From UHGV virus genome UHGV-0208142: a stretch of 42,627 nucleotides of DNA; one strand, given 5' to 3'. Shown one piece after another: positions 17,522 to 27,365 of this stretch (positions within the stretch are counted from its first letter, which is position 1; each line of letters begins with the position of its first letter). The notes under the pieces are model-generated. The model was not told the DNA's origin. It was given only the letters and a program-made list of their open reading frames with translations, and ran no database searches. This DNA is from a virus. A program made the translations under genes and the position numbers.

Positions 17522-17804
17522 TTTACGCAAAGCAGCTCGCGGTCGCGAATGTCAGGTTCGCATCCCGGGCGTCTGCAACGGCAACCCTGAAACCACGGTA
17601 TTGGCCCATATCCGCATTGCTGGATTGTGCGGGACCGGAATTAAGCCGCCTGATCTGATCGCCGCTATCGCCTGTTCATCCTGTCACGATGAAATAGACC
17701 GCCGCACGCGCTTGGTAGATGCGGAGTATGCGAAAGAGTGCGCACTGGAGGGAATGGCCAGAACGCAGGTTATCTGGATGAAAGAGGGGTTGATAAAAGC
17801 ATGA
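17514..17804 (+). CDS. Cys-rich zinc-binding nin-region protein (DUF1364-like).
   Basis: GGAGGA RBS before the ATG at 17514. Motifs [22 protein letters not shown]...CSSCHDEID. Confidence 0.55.
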   Translation: MADLRKAARGRECQVRIPGVCNGNPETTVLAHIRIAGLCGTGIKPPDLIAAIACSSCHDEIDRRTRLVDAEYAKECALEGMARTQVIWMKEGLIKA

Positions 17805-18163
17805 ACCAATATCGCATTTCATTACCCTGGCCGCCAAGCAACAACCGCTACTACCGGCACAACCGGTGGCGCACACACATCAGCGCGGAAGGGCAGGCAT
17901 ACCGCGACAGCGTCGCCAGAATCATCAAAGACTCGATGCTTGATATCGGCCTGGCCACGCCATTGAAAATCCGTATTGAGTGTCACATGCCGGATCGCCG
18001 GCGCCGTGACCTGGACAATCTGCAAAAGGCAGCATTCGACGCCCTGACGAAATCGGGTTTCTGGCTCGATGACCAGCAGGTTGACTACTACAGCGTGAAG
18101 AGAATGCCTGTCGTCAAAAGTGGGCGGCTTGAGCTGACCATTACCGAAATGGAGGCCGCATGA
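17801..18163 (+). CDS. rusA: RusA Holliday junction resolvase.
   Basis: 120 aa, near-identical in pattern to E. coli RusA: [31 protein letters not shown]...[26 protein letters not shown]. Confidence 0.9.
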   Translation: MNQYRISLPWPPSNNRYYRHNRWRTHISAEGQAYRDSVARIIKDSMLDIGLATPLKIRIECHMPDRRRRDLDNLQKAAFDALTKSGFWLDDQQVDYYSVKRMPVVKSGRLELTITEMEAA

Positions 18164-18300
18164 GCCGTGACGTTATCGAACGCATCCGCGACCGCTGGCA
18201 AAAGCTCCGCCTCTGCCGGCACCGCGGCACCGTACTGGTTGACTACCGCATACTGAGAAACTTCGTTCGCATCTATCAGACCCTGGGAGAGACAGCATGA
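18160..18300 (+). CDS. Small 46-aa ORF coupled between rusA and Q.
   Basis: ATGA overlaps at both ends. RBS GGAGG. Confidence 0.35.
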   Translation: MSRDVIERIRDRWQKLRLCRHRGTVLVDYRILRNFVRIYQTLGETA

Positions 18301-19106
18301 ACCTCGAATCTATCGCCAAATACTTCGCGCCTAAATCACCAATGCTGAGCGACTCGCCACGGGCTACTGCATCGGATGGCCTAACCGGCACTGACATCAT
18401 GGCCGCTCTTGGGCTGGTAAATGCCAAGTGCGGATTCGGCTTCGACCTCTATCTGGCAAAGATCGGGGTAAGCACACCTGACCGAGCAATGGAGCTACTT
18501 TATGAATCAGCAGAGCGATTATCAATCCGCTTTAACATCGTTTCAGAACTCAGCCAGGACGTTCGCAAAAGAGTTCTCGAAGTTCTGTGCGCTTTTGCAT
18601 ACCAGGATTACACGCGAAGTGCTGCCAGCGTTAGAAAATGCTCTTGCTGCGATGGGACTGGCTTCACAGAGGCTCAAGTGTTCACCAACAAATGCTCATA
18701 TCCGTGGGGTAAACCGCCATATTGGGCAAAGATGTCCCGCGCGGTACGCCCAAGCCACTGGGAGTGTTGGAGCGAAATCCGCGAGGTGGTCAAAGTTAAA
18801 TGCTCCGCCTGTAACGGAAAGGGTGTTATCAGCAATTCGTGTCGCTGCAATGGGAAAGGAAAGGTACTGGATAAAGAGGCCAGCGAGCGCCTTGGGATAC
18901 CGGTAATGAAGGTGTGCGATCGCTGCAGCGGAAAAGGTTATGCTCGCATGAAGTTTTCGACGGTTATGGAAGGGGTAAGGGCCGTTGCTGACATTAAGAA
19001 AACGGTAGCTTATGAGCAGCTGAAGCCGTTCTTCGAGGAGCTGGTATCCGAATGTCACAAACAGGAATCATACGCTGATGTCATTCTCTCCCGGGTGACG
19101 AGATGA
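18297..19106 (+). CDS. Q: Q-like late antiterminator with a zinc-finger.
   Basis: 269 aa with CSCCDGTG...CSACNGKG...CRCNGKG Zn-ribbon motifs. It lies before the pR'/tR' element and the lysis genes. Confidence 0.75.
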   Translation: MNLESIAKYFAPKSPMLSDSPRATASDGLTGTDIMAALGLVNAKCGFGFDLYLAKIGVSTPDRAMELLYESAERLSIRFNIVSELSQDVRKRVLEVLCAFAYQDYTRSAASVRKCSCCDGTGFTEAQVFTNKCSYPWGKPPYWAKMSRAVRPSHWECWSEIREVVKVKCSACNGKGVISNSCRCNGKGKVLDKEASERLGIPVMKVCDRCSGKGYARMKFSTVMEGVRAVADIKKTVAYEQLKPFFEELVSECHKQESYADVILSRVTR

Positions 19107-19148
19107 TGAGTATTTTCTATAAAAATATATTTTTGTGGAAAATGGCTA

Positions 19149-19177
19149 TTGCAATTCCCGGAAAAACTGGTTAGATT
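19149..19177 (+). promoter_or_regulatory. pR'-like late promoter TTGCAA-17-TAGATT.
   Basis: Consensus-like -35 and -10 with 17-bp spacing, about 45 nt downstream of Q and about 70 nt upstream of the tR'-like terminator. Confidence 0.45.
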
Positions 19178-19228
19178 CATCTCTAACGCTGGGAATCCGT
19201 TCAGTCGTTCCGAAGCAAAAAAATTCAA

Positions 19229-19255
19229 GCCCGAGGTTAACGCCTTGGGCTTTTT
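19229..19255 (+). terminator. tR'-like intrinsic terminator ending a 6S-like short late leader.
   Basis: Stem GCCCGAGG/CCTTGGGC with one G-T wobble and loop ttaacg, followed by T5. Confidence 0.55.
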
Positions 19256-19262
19256 CATTCCA

Positions 19263-19337
19263 GGGTCAGAAGCACAGCGGTTGTGCGTTCGGCTGTTAAC
19301 CGAATGGTCGAAGGTTCGAATCCTTCCTGTCCCGCCA
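19263..19337 (+). tRNA. Phage-encoded tRNA-Asn (anticodon GTT), 75 nt ending in CCA.
   Basis: Manual cloverleaf. D-stem GCAC/GTGC with A14, G15, G18G19. Anticodon stem TTCGG/CCGAA with loop CTGTTAA (U33, GTT, A37). Variable loop TGGTC (C48). T-arm GAAGG-TTCGAAT-CCTTC. Discriminator G plus CCA. Caveats: A at position 8 and one T-T mismatch in the acceptor stem. Confidence 0.6.
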
Positions 19338-19845
19338 GATAATGGCCTGACCTGATAACGGGTTCATAGCCCAACTTATCAGGGGCGCTGCTGCAACAGC
19401 GCCGCGGGCCGCCAGATATGGAGCACGGGCATTAACGCCTAAAATAACTCCTCCCCCGGTGCCAGATTGATCGACTGGCCGTTGCTCCACGAAACGGAGC
19501 CCATAACAGGTAAGAGCATTTCGACGCACTGATAGGGCTGGATTGGAAGATTATTCAGAGACCCGGCAGATAGAGGTGCTCTTTCCGTTGTGGTGAATGC
19601 GCAGGCTGATGCGTTAGAGACGGCACCCCTTGATGAGGACAGCGCTATCTCTGGAGAATAGTCTTGGGTACGTGTAATGCCAGAGAAAGCCGGAGATCAG
19701 CACCGGCCACCACTCACGAAACCGAGCTGCAGCCCTAACTGGCTATCCTGCATCACCAGTGATAGTTATGCTGCAGCCTTCTAAATCCCTCTACCTTGGG
19801 ACCCTTACGGCTACCGCGCCGTCATTTTTACCCTTGGTATTCCTT

Positions 19846-19870
19846 CCCGCCTTGAGCGGGTTTTTTATTA
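19846..19870 (+). terminator. Intrinsic terminator inside the Q-to-holin non-coding gap.
   Basis: Stem CCCGC/GCGGG with loop cttga, followed by TTTTTTATT. Confidence 0.4.
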
Positions 19871-19976
19871 TCAGGTCCCGCAGGAATCATCATCGACATG
19901 CTTCGTTGTTAAATCCAGCCTGACGGGCCTGACCCCTTTAAAACACAGCGCCATCCGTAACTAACGGGGGTGGAGT

Positions 19977-20192
19977 ATGTACAGAATGGACAAACTCACA
20001 ACGGGCATTGCCTACGGTTCTTCCGCAGGTAGCGCGGGGTTCTGGATACTGCAGCTACTCGACAAAGTATCCCCATCCCAGTGGGCTGCCATTGGCGTTC
20101 TTGGGAGTCTGGTATTTGGATTCCTTACTTACCTGACAAATTTGTATTTCAAAATTAAAGAAGACCGGCGTAAAGCTGCCAGGGGTGAATAA
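19977..20192 (+). CDS. Phage 21 S21-type pinholin with a dual start (antiholin Met1, holin Met4).
   Basis: [71 protein letters not shown] closely matches S21. Confidence 0.9.
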   Translation: MYRMDKLTTGIAYGSSAGSAGFWILQLLDKVSPSQWAAIGVLGSLVFGFLTYLTNLYFKIKEDRRKAARGE

Positions 20193-20689
20193 TGTCTCCA
20201 GCACTGCAAAAAACTGTTATTGCAGCGGTCACCGGCGGCGCTATTGCGATCGCTTCCGCTCTCATCACTGGGCCAAACGGCAATGATGGTCTGGAGGGGG
20301 TGAGGTATAAGCCGTATCAGGATGTTGTAGGCGTCTGGACAGTCTGCTATGGCCATACTGGCAAAGACATCATGCTCGGCAAGAAGTACACCGAGACTGA
20401 ATGTCGTGCGCTGCTCAGCAAAGACCTGAACACCGTCGCACGCCAGATTAACCCGTACATCCAGAAGCCGATCCCCGAAACAATGCGTGGGGCTCTGTAC
20501 TCATTCGCGTATAACGTCGGCGCTGGCAACTTCCAGACCTCCACTCTGCTTCGCAAAATCAACCAGGGCGACCAGAAAGGTGCGTGCGACCAGTTGCGCC
20601 GCTGGACCTACGCAAAAGGCAAGCAGTGGAAAGGCCTGGTAACTCGCCGCGAGATTGAGCGCGAAGTTTGTTTGTGGGGGCAGAAATGA
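20192..20689 (+). CDS. SAR endolysin (T4-lysozyme fold with an N-terminal signal-anchor-release domain).
   Basis: Gly/Ala-rich weak TM at the N-terminus ([19 protein letters not shown]). Catalytic E-8-D-5-T in [24 protein letters not shown]. Partnered with the pinholin. Confidence 0.9.
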   Translation: MSPALQKTVIAAVTGGAIAIASALITGPNGNDGLEGVRYKPYQDVVGVWTVCYGHTGKDIMLGKKYTETECRALLSKDLNTVARQINPYIQKPIPETMRGALYSFAYNVGAGNFQTSTLLRKINQGDQKGACDQLRRWTYAKGKQWKGLVTRREIEREVCLWGQK

Positions 20690-21153
20690 GCCGGTTAACC
20701 GCCATTATCAGCGCTGTTGTGATCTGCCTGATAGTCATCCTCGGCTGGCTGGCCAGCCACTACCACGACAACGCCACCGAGTTCAAAAGGCAGCGCGATA
20801 AAGTGACTGAGCAGCTCAGCCTGGCGAACGACACCATCGCGGACATGCAGACCCGCCAGCGAGACGTCGCAGCGCTCGATGCCAAATACACGAAGGAATT
20901 AGCCGATGCAAAAGCTAAAAATGATGCTCTGCAGCGCAAGCTTGATAATGGTGGTCGGGTGCTCGTCAAAGGCAAGTGTCCAGTGTCAGCCGCAACCCAA
21001 ACCACCGGCGCCTCCAGCATGGGCGATGATGCCACCGTCGAACTCTCTGCAGTTGCTGGACGAAACGTTCTCGGTATCCGGTCCGGAATCGTCAGCGACC
21101 AAACAGCCTTGAAGGCGCTGCAGGAATACATCACCACGCAGTGCCTGAAGTAA
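20686..21153 (+). CDS. Rz-like i-spanin.
   Basis: Start [12 protein letters not shown] is ATGA-coupled to the endolysin. N-terminal TM followed by a coiled coil. The six-frame ORF 20668..21153 is trimmed. Confidence 0.75.
   Translation: MSRLTAIISAVVICLIVILGWLASHYHDNATEFKRQRDKVTEQLSLANDTIADMQTRQRDVAALDAKYTKELADAKAKNDALQRKLDNGGRVLVKGKCPVSAATQTTGASSMGDDATVELSAVAGRNVLGIRSGIVSDQTALKALQEYITTQCLK
20906..21112 (+). CDS. Rz1-like o-spanin lipoprotein embedded in the +1 frame of Rz.
   Basis: Lipobox LIMVVGC followed by the Pro-rich [17 protein letters not shown]. Confidence 0.65.
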   Translation: MQKLKMMLCSASLIMVVGCSSKASVQCQPQPKPPAPPAWAMMPPSNSLQLLDETFSVSGPESSATKQP

Positions 21154-21210
21154 GGCATTACAGAGCCACTTCCAGAGGTGGCTAGATAATGTCAAGGCGA
21201 GGACAAAATT

Positions 21211-21726
21211 ATGGCAACACCAGATTGGGAGGCCATTGAATCGGCTTACCGGGCTGGTTCATTGTCAGTAAGGGCCATCGGGGAAAAGCATGGCGTTAAC
21301 CACGCCACCATCCTGAAGAGAGCTAACAAAGAAGGATGGCAGCGCGACCTGACAGAAAAGGTCAGGGCGGCAACGAAAGCCAAGGTAACCAAGTCGGTAA
21401 CCAAAGACGGTAACCAGTCACCAGTGGTTACTGATGAGCAGATTATTGACCGGGCATCCGATGAGGCGGCCGCTGTAGTCATGGCTCATCGGGAAAGTTT
21501 GGCGGCATGGCGCGGCATCACCAATAAGCTCCGCGACTTCCTCGAAGACGCAGAAATTACGGAAGACAATCACGCCTCAATGTCTCGCTCGATCACTGCC
21601 GGTGTCGATGCTCAGATAAAAGTGATAAACGCTGAGCGTAAGGCGTATAACCTCGACACCGAGGAAGGCAATAAGACGGTTGATGACCTGTCTAACCTGA
21701 TGGATTCACTGTCTCAGGGGGTGTAA
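21211..21726 (+). CDS. Terminase small subunit.
   Basis: 171 aa with an N-terminal HTH (SVRAIGEKHGVNHATILKRANKEGW). Lies immediately upstream of the large subunit. Confidence 0.7.
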   Translation: MATPDWEAIESAYRAGSLSVRAIGEKHGVNHATILKRANKEGWQRDLTEKVRAATKAKVTKSVTKDGNQSPVVTDEQIIDRASDEAAAVVMAHRESLAAWRGITNKLRDFLEDAEITEDNHASMSRSITAGVDAQIKVINAERKAYNLDTEEGNKTVDDLSNLMDSLSQGV

Positions 21727-23198
21727 TGAAGCCTGAGCATATCAAGCTGCTAGCTGATAAAGACTGGCGGCTGAACAATCTTTACTGGATCACCGACAAA
21801 GAAGGTAAGCCGACTCGCTTCAGGATGACGCCTGAGCAGCGGGAATACTTCGAGGGGATTCACACCCGCAACATCATCCTGAAAGCTCGCCAGCTCGGAT
21901 TTACCACAGAGGTGTGCATCATCCAGCTCGACGCTGCTCTGTTCGAGTCGGCAAAGTGCGCGCTGATCGCCCACACGCTGAATGACGCAAAGCGCCTATT
22001 CCGCGAAAAGGTGAAATATGCCTACGATAAGCTGCCGGCTGAGATAAAGGCAGCCAATCCAGCGAGCAACGACTCAGCCGGCGAGCTGGTCTTTAAGAAG
22101 GGCGGATCACTCTACGTAAGTACCTCATTTCGTGGCGGCACGCTGCGTTACCTGCACGTCTCCGAGTTCGGAAAGATATGCGCCAAGTATCCGGATAAAG
22201 CCCGTGAAATCGTCACTGGTGCGTTTGAGGCGGTATCGACAGGTTGTTTCGCAACTATCGAGAGCACCGCAGAGGGCCGGGCGGGTTACTTCTTCGATTA
22301 CTGCCAGACGGCAGAGAAAGCGCTGCTGCAGGGTAAGCCGTTATCTGCGCTGGACTGGAAGTTTTTCTTCTTCTCCTGGTGGAAGAATCCACAGTACGCA
22401 ATTGACCAGGTAGAACCGCTCCCTGTACGCCTGCTTGAATACTTCGCTGAGATGGAGGCGAAACACGGTGTAGTCGTTAACGAACGTCAAAAGGCGTGGT
22501 ATTACGCCAAAGAAAAGACGCTCGGCGACGACATGAAGCGCGAATACCCGACCATTCCGGCCGAGGCGTTCCAGCAGTCGGTCGAGGGCGCGTACTACGC
22601 CAAACAATTCCGCTGGCTATACACCAACAAGCGGATCGGCCAAATCCCGGATAACTCCCATCTACCGGTTCACACGTTCTGGGATATTGGTGTGGGGGAC
22701 TCCACGGCGATCTGGTTCGTTCGCGAGGTCGGCGAAGAGTTTCACATCATCGATTACTACGAAAACTCTGGCGAAGGGCTCCGGCACTACATGAAGGTGC
22801 TGAAAGACCGCGGCTATGAGTACGGTGAGCACTGGGGCCCGCACGACATCGAGAACCGCGAGTTTGCAGCTGATGCGAAGTCTCGCAAAGAGCTGGCGCG
22901 CGAGGGATACGAGATTGACGGCCGGATGTATTCGATGAACTTCCGCGTTGTGCCGAAAGCGGGGATCGATACCGGCATCGAGTCGGTGCGTGAAATCCTC
23001 AAATCCTGCGTTTTCGATGAGGAGAAGTGCGCTGTTGGCATCTCCCACCTCGAAGGTTACCGCAAGGAGTGGGACGACAAGCGCGGCTGCTGGAAAGACA
23101 AACCCCTTCACGACTTCACATCGCACGGCGCCGACAGCTTTCGTTACTTTGCCGTGGCGAAGAACAACCGCAAGCAGGTCGGCACTGTATTCTTCTAA
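21726..23198 (+). CDS. Terminase large subunit.
   Basis: 490 aa with ATPase and nuclease regions. Position in the packaging module. Confidence 0.85.
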   Translation: MKPEHIKLLADKDWRLNNLYWITDKEGKPTRFRMTPEQREYFEGIHTRNIILKARQLGFTTEVCIIQLDAALFESAKCALIAHTLNDAKRLFREKVKYAYDKLPAEIKAANPASNDSAGELVFKKGGSLYVSTSFRGGTLRYLHVSEFGKICAKYPDKAREIVTGAFEAVSTGCFATIESTAEGRAGYFFDYCQTAEKALLQGKPLSALDWKFFFFSWWKNPQYAIDQVEPLPVRLLEYFAEMEAKHGVVVNERQKAWYYAKEKTLGDDMKREYPTIPAEAFQQSVEGAYYAKQFRWLYTNKRIGQIPDNSHLPVHTFWDIGVGDSTAIWFVREVGEEFHIIDYYENSGEGLRHYMKVLKDRGYEYGEHWGPHDIENREFAADAKSRKELAREGYEIDGRMYSMNFRVVPKAGIDTGIESVREILKSCVFDEEKCAVGISHLEGYRKEWDDKRGCWKDKPLHDFTSHGADSFRYFAVAKNNRKQVGTVFF

Positions 23199-23210
23199 GG
23201 AGCATCGCCA

Positions 23211-24680
23211 GTGAGCGAACAAGATAACGGCCTTCAACTGGCTGTGAACAATCTCGCCACTGAAATGCGGCGAGCGAATTACCTTAACGCCATCGGTATC
23301 GGTGGCGGGAACACAAAGCGCCCGACGCTCTATCAGGAGTTTGGCTACCCGCGAACCATTACCTTCCATGACTTCTACAACATGTACCGGCGCAACGCCG
23401 CAGGCTTCGCAGTGGTGCATCGTCTTCTGGATGGATGCTGGCAGGATTATCCGGTAATCGTTGACGGTGATGAGTCCCAGGAGGCGAAGAAAACTAACCC
23501 GTGGGAAAAGAAAGTCACCAAGTTTATGAAAAAATGGTGGCCGAAGGTGAAGGATGCCGATCGCCGCAATATGGTCGGGCGTTACTCCGCACTGCTGCTG
23601 CAGGTGAAAGATAACAAGCCATGGAGCGATCCAGTAGATACCAGGCTGGTGAAATCCCTGGGCGAGTCAGCGCTGGTAAAACTTATCCCGGTATGGGAGC
23701 CGCAACTGACAGTTGCCGAATGGGATAACGATCGCCAGTCCGAGACGTTCGGCCAGCCGAAGATGTTCAACTTCAACGAGCAGCCGGTTGGAGGCGAGGC
23801 TTTCGTCGGACCCACGCGCGGTGAGCCAGTGCATCCGAGCAGGGTGATCCTGTTCTGCGAAGGCTCAGAGGATGACAACGTTCTGTCGGGTATCCCCCTG
23901 CTTGAGGCCGGATACAACAAAGGACTCGACCTTGAGAAGATTTCCGGCGGTGGCGCTGAGGGCTTCCTGAAAAATGCCAGCCGGCAGATCGCTGTCGAGT
24001 TCAGCAAAGAAACAGACATGGCTACGCTGTCCGATCTGGCGAAGAAGGCTGGTTATGCCGACCTCGGCGAAGCGATGGGCGACAAGGTCAACAAGCTTAA
24101 CCGCGGCACCGATGCGGCGGCGGTTATGCAGGCCGGGCAGATGCACGTCCTCAGCGTAACTCCAGGCGACCCGGGGCCGACTTGGGAGGTTACCGCGAAC
24201 GAGCTGGCAGCGTCAGTGCAAATCCCTTTCACCATTCTGTTTGGACAGCAGACCGGACGACTGGCGAGCGATGAGGATAAAACCGACTGGGCCATTCGCC
24301 GCAATACCCGCCGTAACGGCTTTCTGACTGACCGAATCACAGCCTTGCTGGAACGCTTCTGGACCCTGGGAATTATCGACCCGCCGACAAATGGAGAGGT
24401 CACCATTTCATGGACCGACCTGCTGGCACCTGGCGAGAAAGAGAAAATCGAGAACGCTTCGAAACTGGCTGATATCGTCCAGAAAACGTCGGGCTTCTAT
24501 GGTGGCGAGCCGCCATTCACAGCCAACGAACTACGCGAGATTGTAGGGCTCGACCCTCTGCCTGAACCAAAGCAACCACCTAACCCGAATGACAAGGTGA
24601 CAACCGATGATCCACTGGCCGATGACACCGGAGCAGACGGCAAAGGTGGGGCTGCCGATAGTTCCGCGCAGCAAGGTTGA
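23211..24680 (+). CDS. Portal protein.
   Basis: 489 aa with an acidic C-terminus. Follows terL. Confidence 0.8.
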   Translation: MSEQDNGLQLAVNNLATEMRRANYLNAIGIGGGNTKRPTLYQEFGYPRTITFHDFYNMYRRNAAGFAVVHRLLDGCWQDYPVIVDGDESQEAKKTNPWEKKVTKFMKKWWPKVKDADRRNMVGRYSALLLQVKDNKPWSDPVDTRLVKSLGESALVKLIPVWEPQLTVAEWDNDRQSETFGQPKMFNFNEQPVGGEAFVGPTRGEPVHPSRVILFCEGSEDDNVLSGIPLLEAGYNKGLDLEKISGGGAEGFLKNASRQIAVEFSKETDMATLSDLAKKAGYADLGEAMGDKVNKLNRGTDAAAVMQAGQMHVLSVTPGDPGPTWEVTANELAASVQIPFTILFGQQTGRLASDEDKTDWAIRRNTRRNGFLTDRITALLERFWTLGIIDPPTNGEVTISWTDLLAPGEKEKIENASKLADIVQKTSGFYGGEPPFTANELREIVGLDPLPEPKQPPNPNDKVTTDDPLADDTGADGKGGAADSSAQQG

Positions 24681-25617
24681 CCCGACTCGATCAGCGAAGC
24701 AGGTCAGCGCGATGTTCCGGGATATCGAGGACCGTTATGTCGGCATCAAGCGTGCTCTGAAAGCACTGTTTGACCAGCGCCTGACCGGGAGAGAGCGAGA
24801 GGTTAACAGCCACAACTGGCATTTCCTGTGTCACGTTAACGGTGCAGAGCCAACGCTCTACCAGGTCAACGCTGGCAAGTTCATCTACGACATGTCAGCG
24901 CAGGAACTGGCCGACCTGCTCGAAGCGGTAGAGGTTATTCTCGACGATTACCTGCTGGAAGGCGGCGAACAAAGCCTGTGGGCGATGGATTACGTCGCCG
25001 CTGAGGCGCAGCGCGGAACGCTGGAGGCCTTCAACAACCTCTCGCAGCAGTCGCAGGTGTACGCCAGCCAGACGACGCTTCAGCAGCTTTTAAGCAGCCC
25101 TGCATACCAGAACCAGATCGCCAGTGCCTACATCAGCACGTATAGCGACTGGAAGCTGGAAGCTGACCGGGCGCGCGGTGACCTGGCGAACATCATCGCG
25201 GATGCCGTTGGGCGCGGTGTGAACCCCCGCGAAACGGCGCAGGTGATAAGCAAGCGCCTTGATGTCTCTATGGGCCGCGCAAAGACTATCGCTCAGACTG
25301 AGCAGGTCGGCGCGCTGCGCCAGGCACAATGGAACGAAACGGACTGGGCTGCGGATCGGCTTGGCCTGAATACCGGCCTGCTGTGGCTGTCGGCGCTCAA
25401 ACCGACGACGCGCAGCTGGCACGCCAGCCGTCACGGCAAGGTCTACACCACCGAGCAGGTGCGAAACTTCTACGCCGAGAACGGCAACCGGTACAACTGC
25501 TATTGCAGCCAGATTCCGGTTCTGCTCAATGACGACGGCAGCATTTTCAATCAGGGGTTAGCTGAGAAGCTGGAGAAAGAGCGCAAACAGTGGTCCCCGG
25601 ATAAAAAGGCAGCATAG
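24607..25617 (+). CDS. Head morphogenesis protein (Mu F / SPP1 gp7-like minor head protein). The start is uncertain: the six-frame ORF overlaps the portal gene, and an in-frame ATG at 24712 is an alternative.
   Basis: 336 aa. Carries the WHASRHGKVYTTEQV motif typical of the gp7/F family. Follows the portal gene. Confidence 0.65.
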   Translation: MIHWPMTPEQTAKVGLPIVPRSKVDPTRSAKQVSAMFRDIEDRYVGIKRALKALFDQRLTGREREVNSHNWHFLCHVNGAEPTLYQVNAGKFIYDMSAQELADLLEAVEVILDDYLLEGGEQSLWAMDYVAAEAQRGTLEAFNNLSQQSQVYASQTTLQQLLSSPAYQNQIASAYISTYSDWKLEADRARGDLANIIADAVGRGVNPRETAQVISKRLDVSMGRAKTIAQTEQVGALRQAQWNETDWAADRLGLNTGLLWLSALKPTTRSWHASRHGKVYTTEQVRNFYAENGNRYNCYCSQIPVLLNDDGSIFNQGLAEKLEKERKQWSPDKKAA

Positions 25618-25962
25618 TTATTTTTTGCATGGATATTTAGCATTCAGGTAAATCATGATTATGGAACTAGCCTGTTTATCTCGGATGCCGGGGTTGTTTT
25701 TAAGATATTCACCGACCATGTCGCCGATTTGCCCTCTTGTGATTTTGTCACCAGTGCAAACGGCAAAGCCTTCGAGCGCGTCCCACACGCCTGTTACGTA
25801 GCCCAGATACTCATTTGCATCTATTAAATCTTTTTCGCTTGGCGATGCTTGTTCGGCACGAATTGAGGCTTTGTAGAGATCATAAAGCTCATTTCCAGTT
25901 ATGAAACCAGCCTTGGCTGGGATAGCGACTACAAACACTAAGGCCAAAAACCATTTTTTCAT
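25618..25962 (-). CDS. Reverse-strand moron: secreted 114-aa protein with an N-terminal Sec signal peptide and a C-terminal Cys.
   Basis: MKKWFLALVFVVAIPAKA signal with an AKA-G cleavage site. AT-rich codons. Encoded antisense to the late operon, between the head morphogenesis and scaffold genes. Confidence 0.6.
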   Translation of the reverse strand: MKKWFLALVFVVAIPAKAGFITGNELYDLYKASIRAEQASPSEKDLIDANEYLGYVTGVWDALEGFAVCTGDKITRGQIGDMVGEYLKNNPGIRDKQASSIIMIYLNAKYPCKK

Positions 25963-25985
25963 TTCAATAATCCAAAGGGTTAAAC

Positions 25986-27365
25986 ATGAACCTTACCAGT
26001 ATTCATGTTAAATCCCTCGCCATCAACGCCTCCAACATCTCAACGACAACCATCAACGGCCAGGAGCACTACGTCATTCGTGGTGCGGTTCCGATCGTCG
26101 ATGACATTGTGATGAATGGCGGTCTGTACCCGGCGGAGGAGATTAACAACAGCTACCAGACGATGGAAGGCAAGCTGATGCCTCTCCCGCACCCGATGGT
26201 AGATGGCAAATATGTCAGCGCCAATGACCCGCGGGCCATTAACAGCTATCACGTCGGTGCATGGGCGCAGAACGTCAGTAAGTCAGGCGACCAGGTCGTC
26301 ATGGACGTTTATATCAATAAGGCGGTCGCCGAGACAAAGCCAGACGGTAAGCGCCTGATTAATCGTCTTGATGAGATGATCGCTGGCACCAACACCGACC
26401 CGATCCACCTGTCTACCGGCTTACTCACGAACAAAGAGAGAAAGTCAGGCGAGTCGAAGCAGAAGAAGTACTCATGGATTGCTCGCAATATGCAGTTCGA
26501 CCATATCGCTATCCTGCTCGATGAGCCGGGCGCCGGCACTCCAGAAGAAGGAGTCGGCATGTTCGTGAATGCCGATGGTCAGGAAGGCGAAGTCGAAACT
26601 GCAAGTCTCGTTGATGCGGCAAATAGCCTCAAAGATGGCCTGCTGAACAAAGTTAAGTTCTTCCTCACCCATAACTCAGAAGCCTCCTTCGATGAAATCT
26701 ACCAGATGTTGCGGGAAGCCATTCGCGCGCCGTCAGGCAGCGATGTTTATCGCTATGTCGTGACCGTATGGCCCGACAAATTCATTTTCGAAGAGGGCAA
26801 TAAGCTCTTCCAGCAAAAATACCTCATCGACGACAGCACAGTCACGCTGGTCGGCGATCCAGTAGAGGTCGTGCGCAAACCCACTGAGTACGAAGTCAAA
26901 ACCAACGGAGAAATAAACCCGATGAAAGAGAAGATGATCGCCGCGCTCAATGCCGCAGGCGTTAAAACCGAGGGGCTGACCGACGATCAGGTCTGGGATG
27001 CCTATAACCAGCAGGTTCAGAAGAAAGCAGGTGACCAGCCGGGTACTCATATTAACTCTGACGCGATTACCGCGGCAGTAAATCTGGCGATTAAGCCGCT
27101 GACTGACGAGATCGGTACGCTGAAAACTCAGCTGCAGGCCAACGCTGAAAAAGACCTCAAGACCAAGCGTGAAGCGGTCAAAGCGAAATTCCCGTTCATG
27201 ACCGAAGCGGCGATCAACTCGCTGGCCGGCGAAGCGCTGAACGACATGTATGCACAGTGCCAAACCAGTACCGGTTTGAACCCATCTTTCCAGCAGGTCA
27301 ATGCTGAAAATGACCAGTGGAAAGACTATGACCTCAACGCTGGCATCGATCAGGAGAAAAAATAA
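25986..27365 (+). CDS. Scaffold / prohead protease-like protein (DUF2213-like N-domain plus C-terminal coiled coil).
   Basis: 459 aa. Position between portal/morphogenesis and decoration/capsid genes. Helical C-terminal half. Confidence 0.55.
   Translation: MNLTSIHVKSLAINASNISTTTINGQEHYVIRGAVPIVDDIVMNGGLYPAEEINNSYQTMEGKLMPLPHPMVDGKYVSANDPRAINSYHVGAWAQNVSKSGDQVVMDVYINKAVAETKPDGKRLINRLDEMIAGTNTDPIHLSTGLLTNKERKSGESKQKKYSWIARNMQFDHIAILLDEPGAGTPEEGVGMFVNADGQEGEVETASLVDAANSLKDGLLNKVKFFLTHNSEASFDEIYQMLREAIRAPSGSDVYRYVVTVWPDKFIFEEGNKLFQQKYLIDDSTVTLVGDPVEVVRKPTEYEVKTNGEINPMKEKMIAALNAAGVKTEGLTDDQVWDAYNQQVQKKAGDQPGTHINSDAITAAVNLAIKPLTDEIGTLKTQLQANAEKDLKTKREAVKAKFPFMTEAAINSLAGEALNDMYAQCQTSTGLNPSFQQVNAENDQWKDYDLNAGIDQEKK

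Noticed and set aside
19296-19529. 77-aa minus-strand ORF
   Set aside because: It overlaps the tRNA on the opposite strand, and its C-terminus RKDSNLRPFG is simply the tRNA T-arm read backwards.
22662-23420. 252-aa minus-strand ORF
   Set aside because: It is antisense to the terminase large subunit and portal genes.
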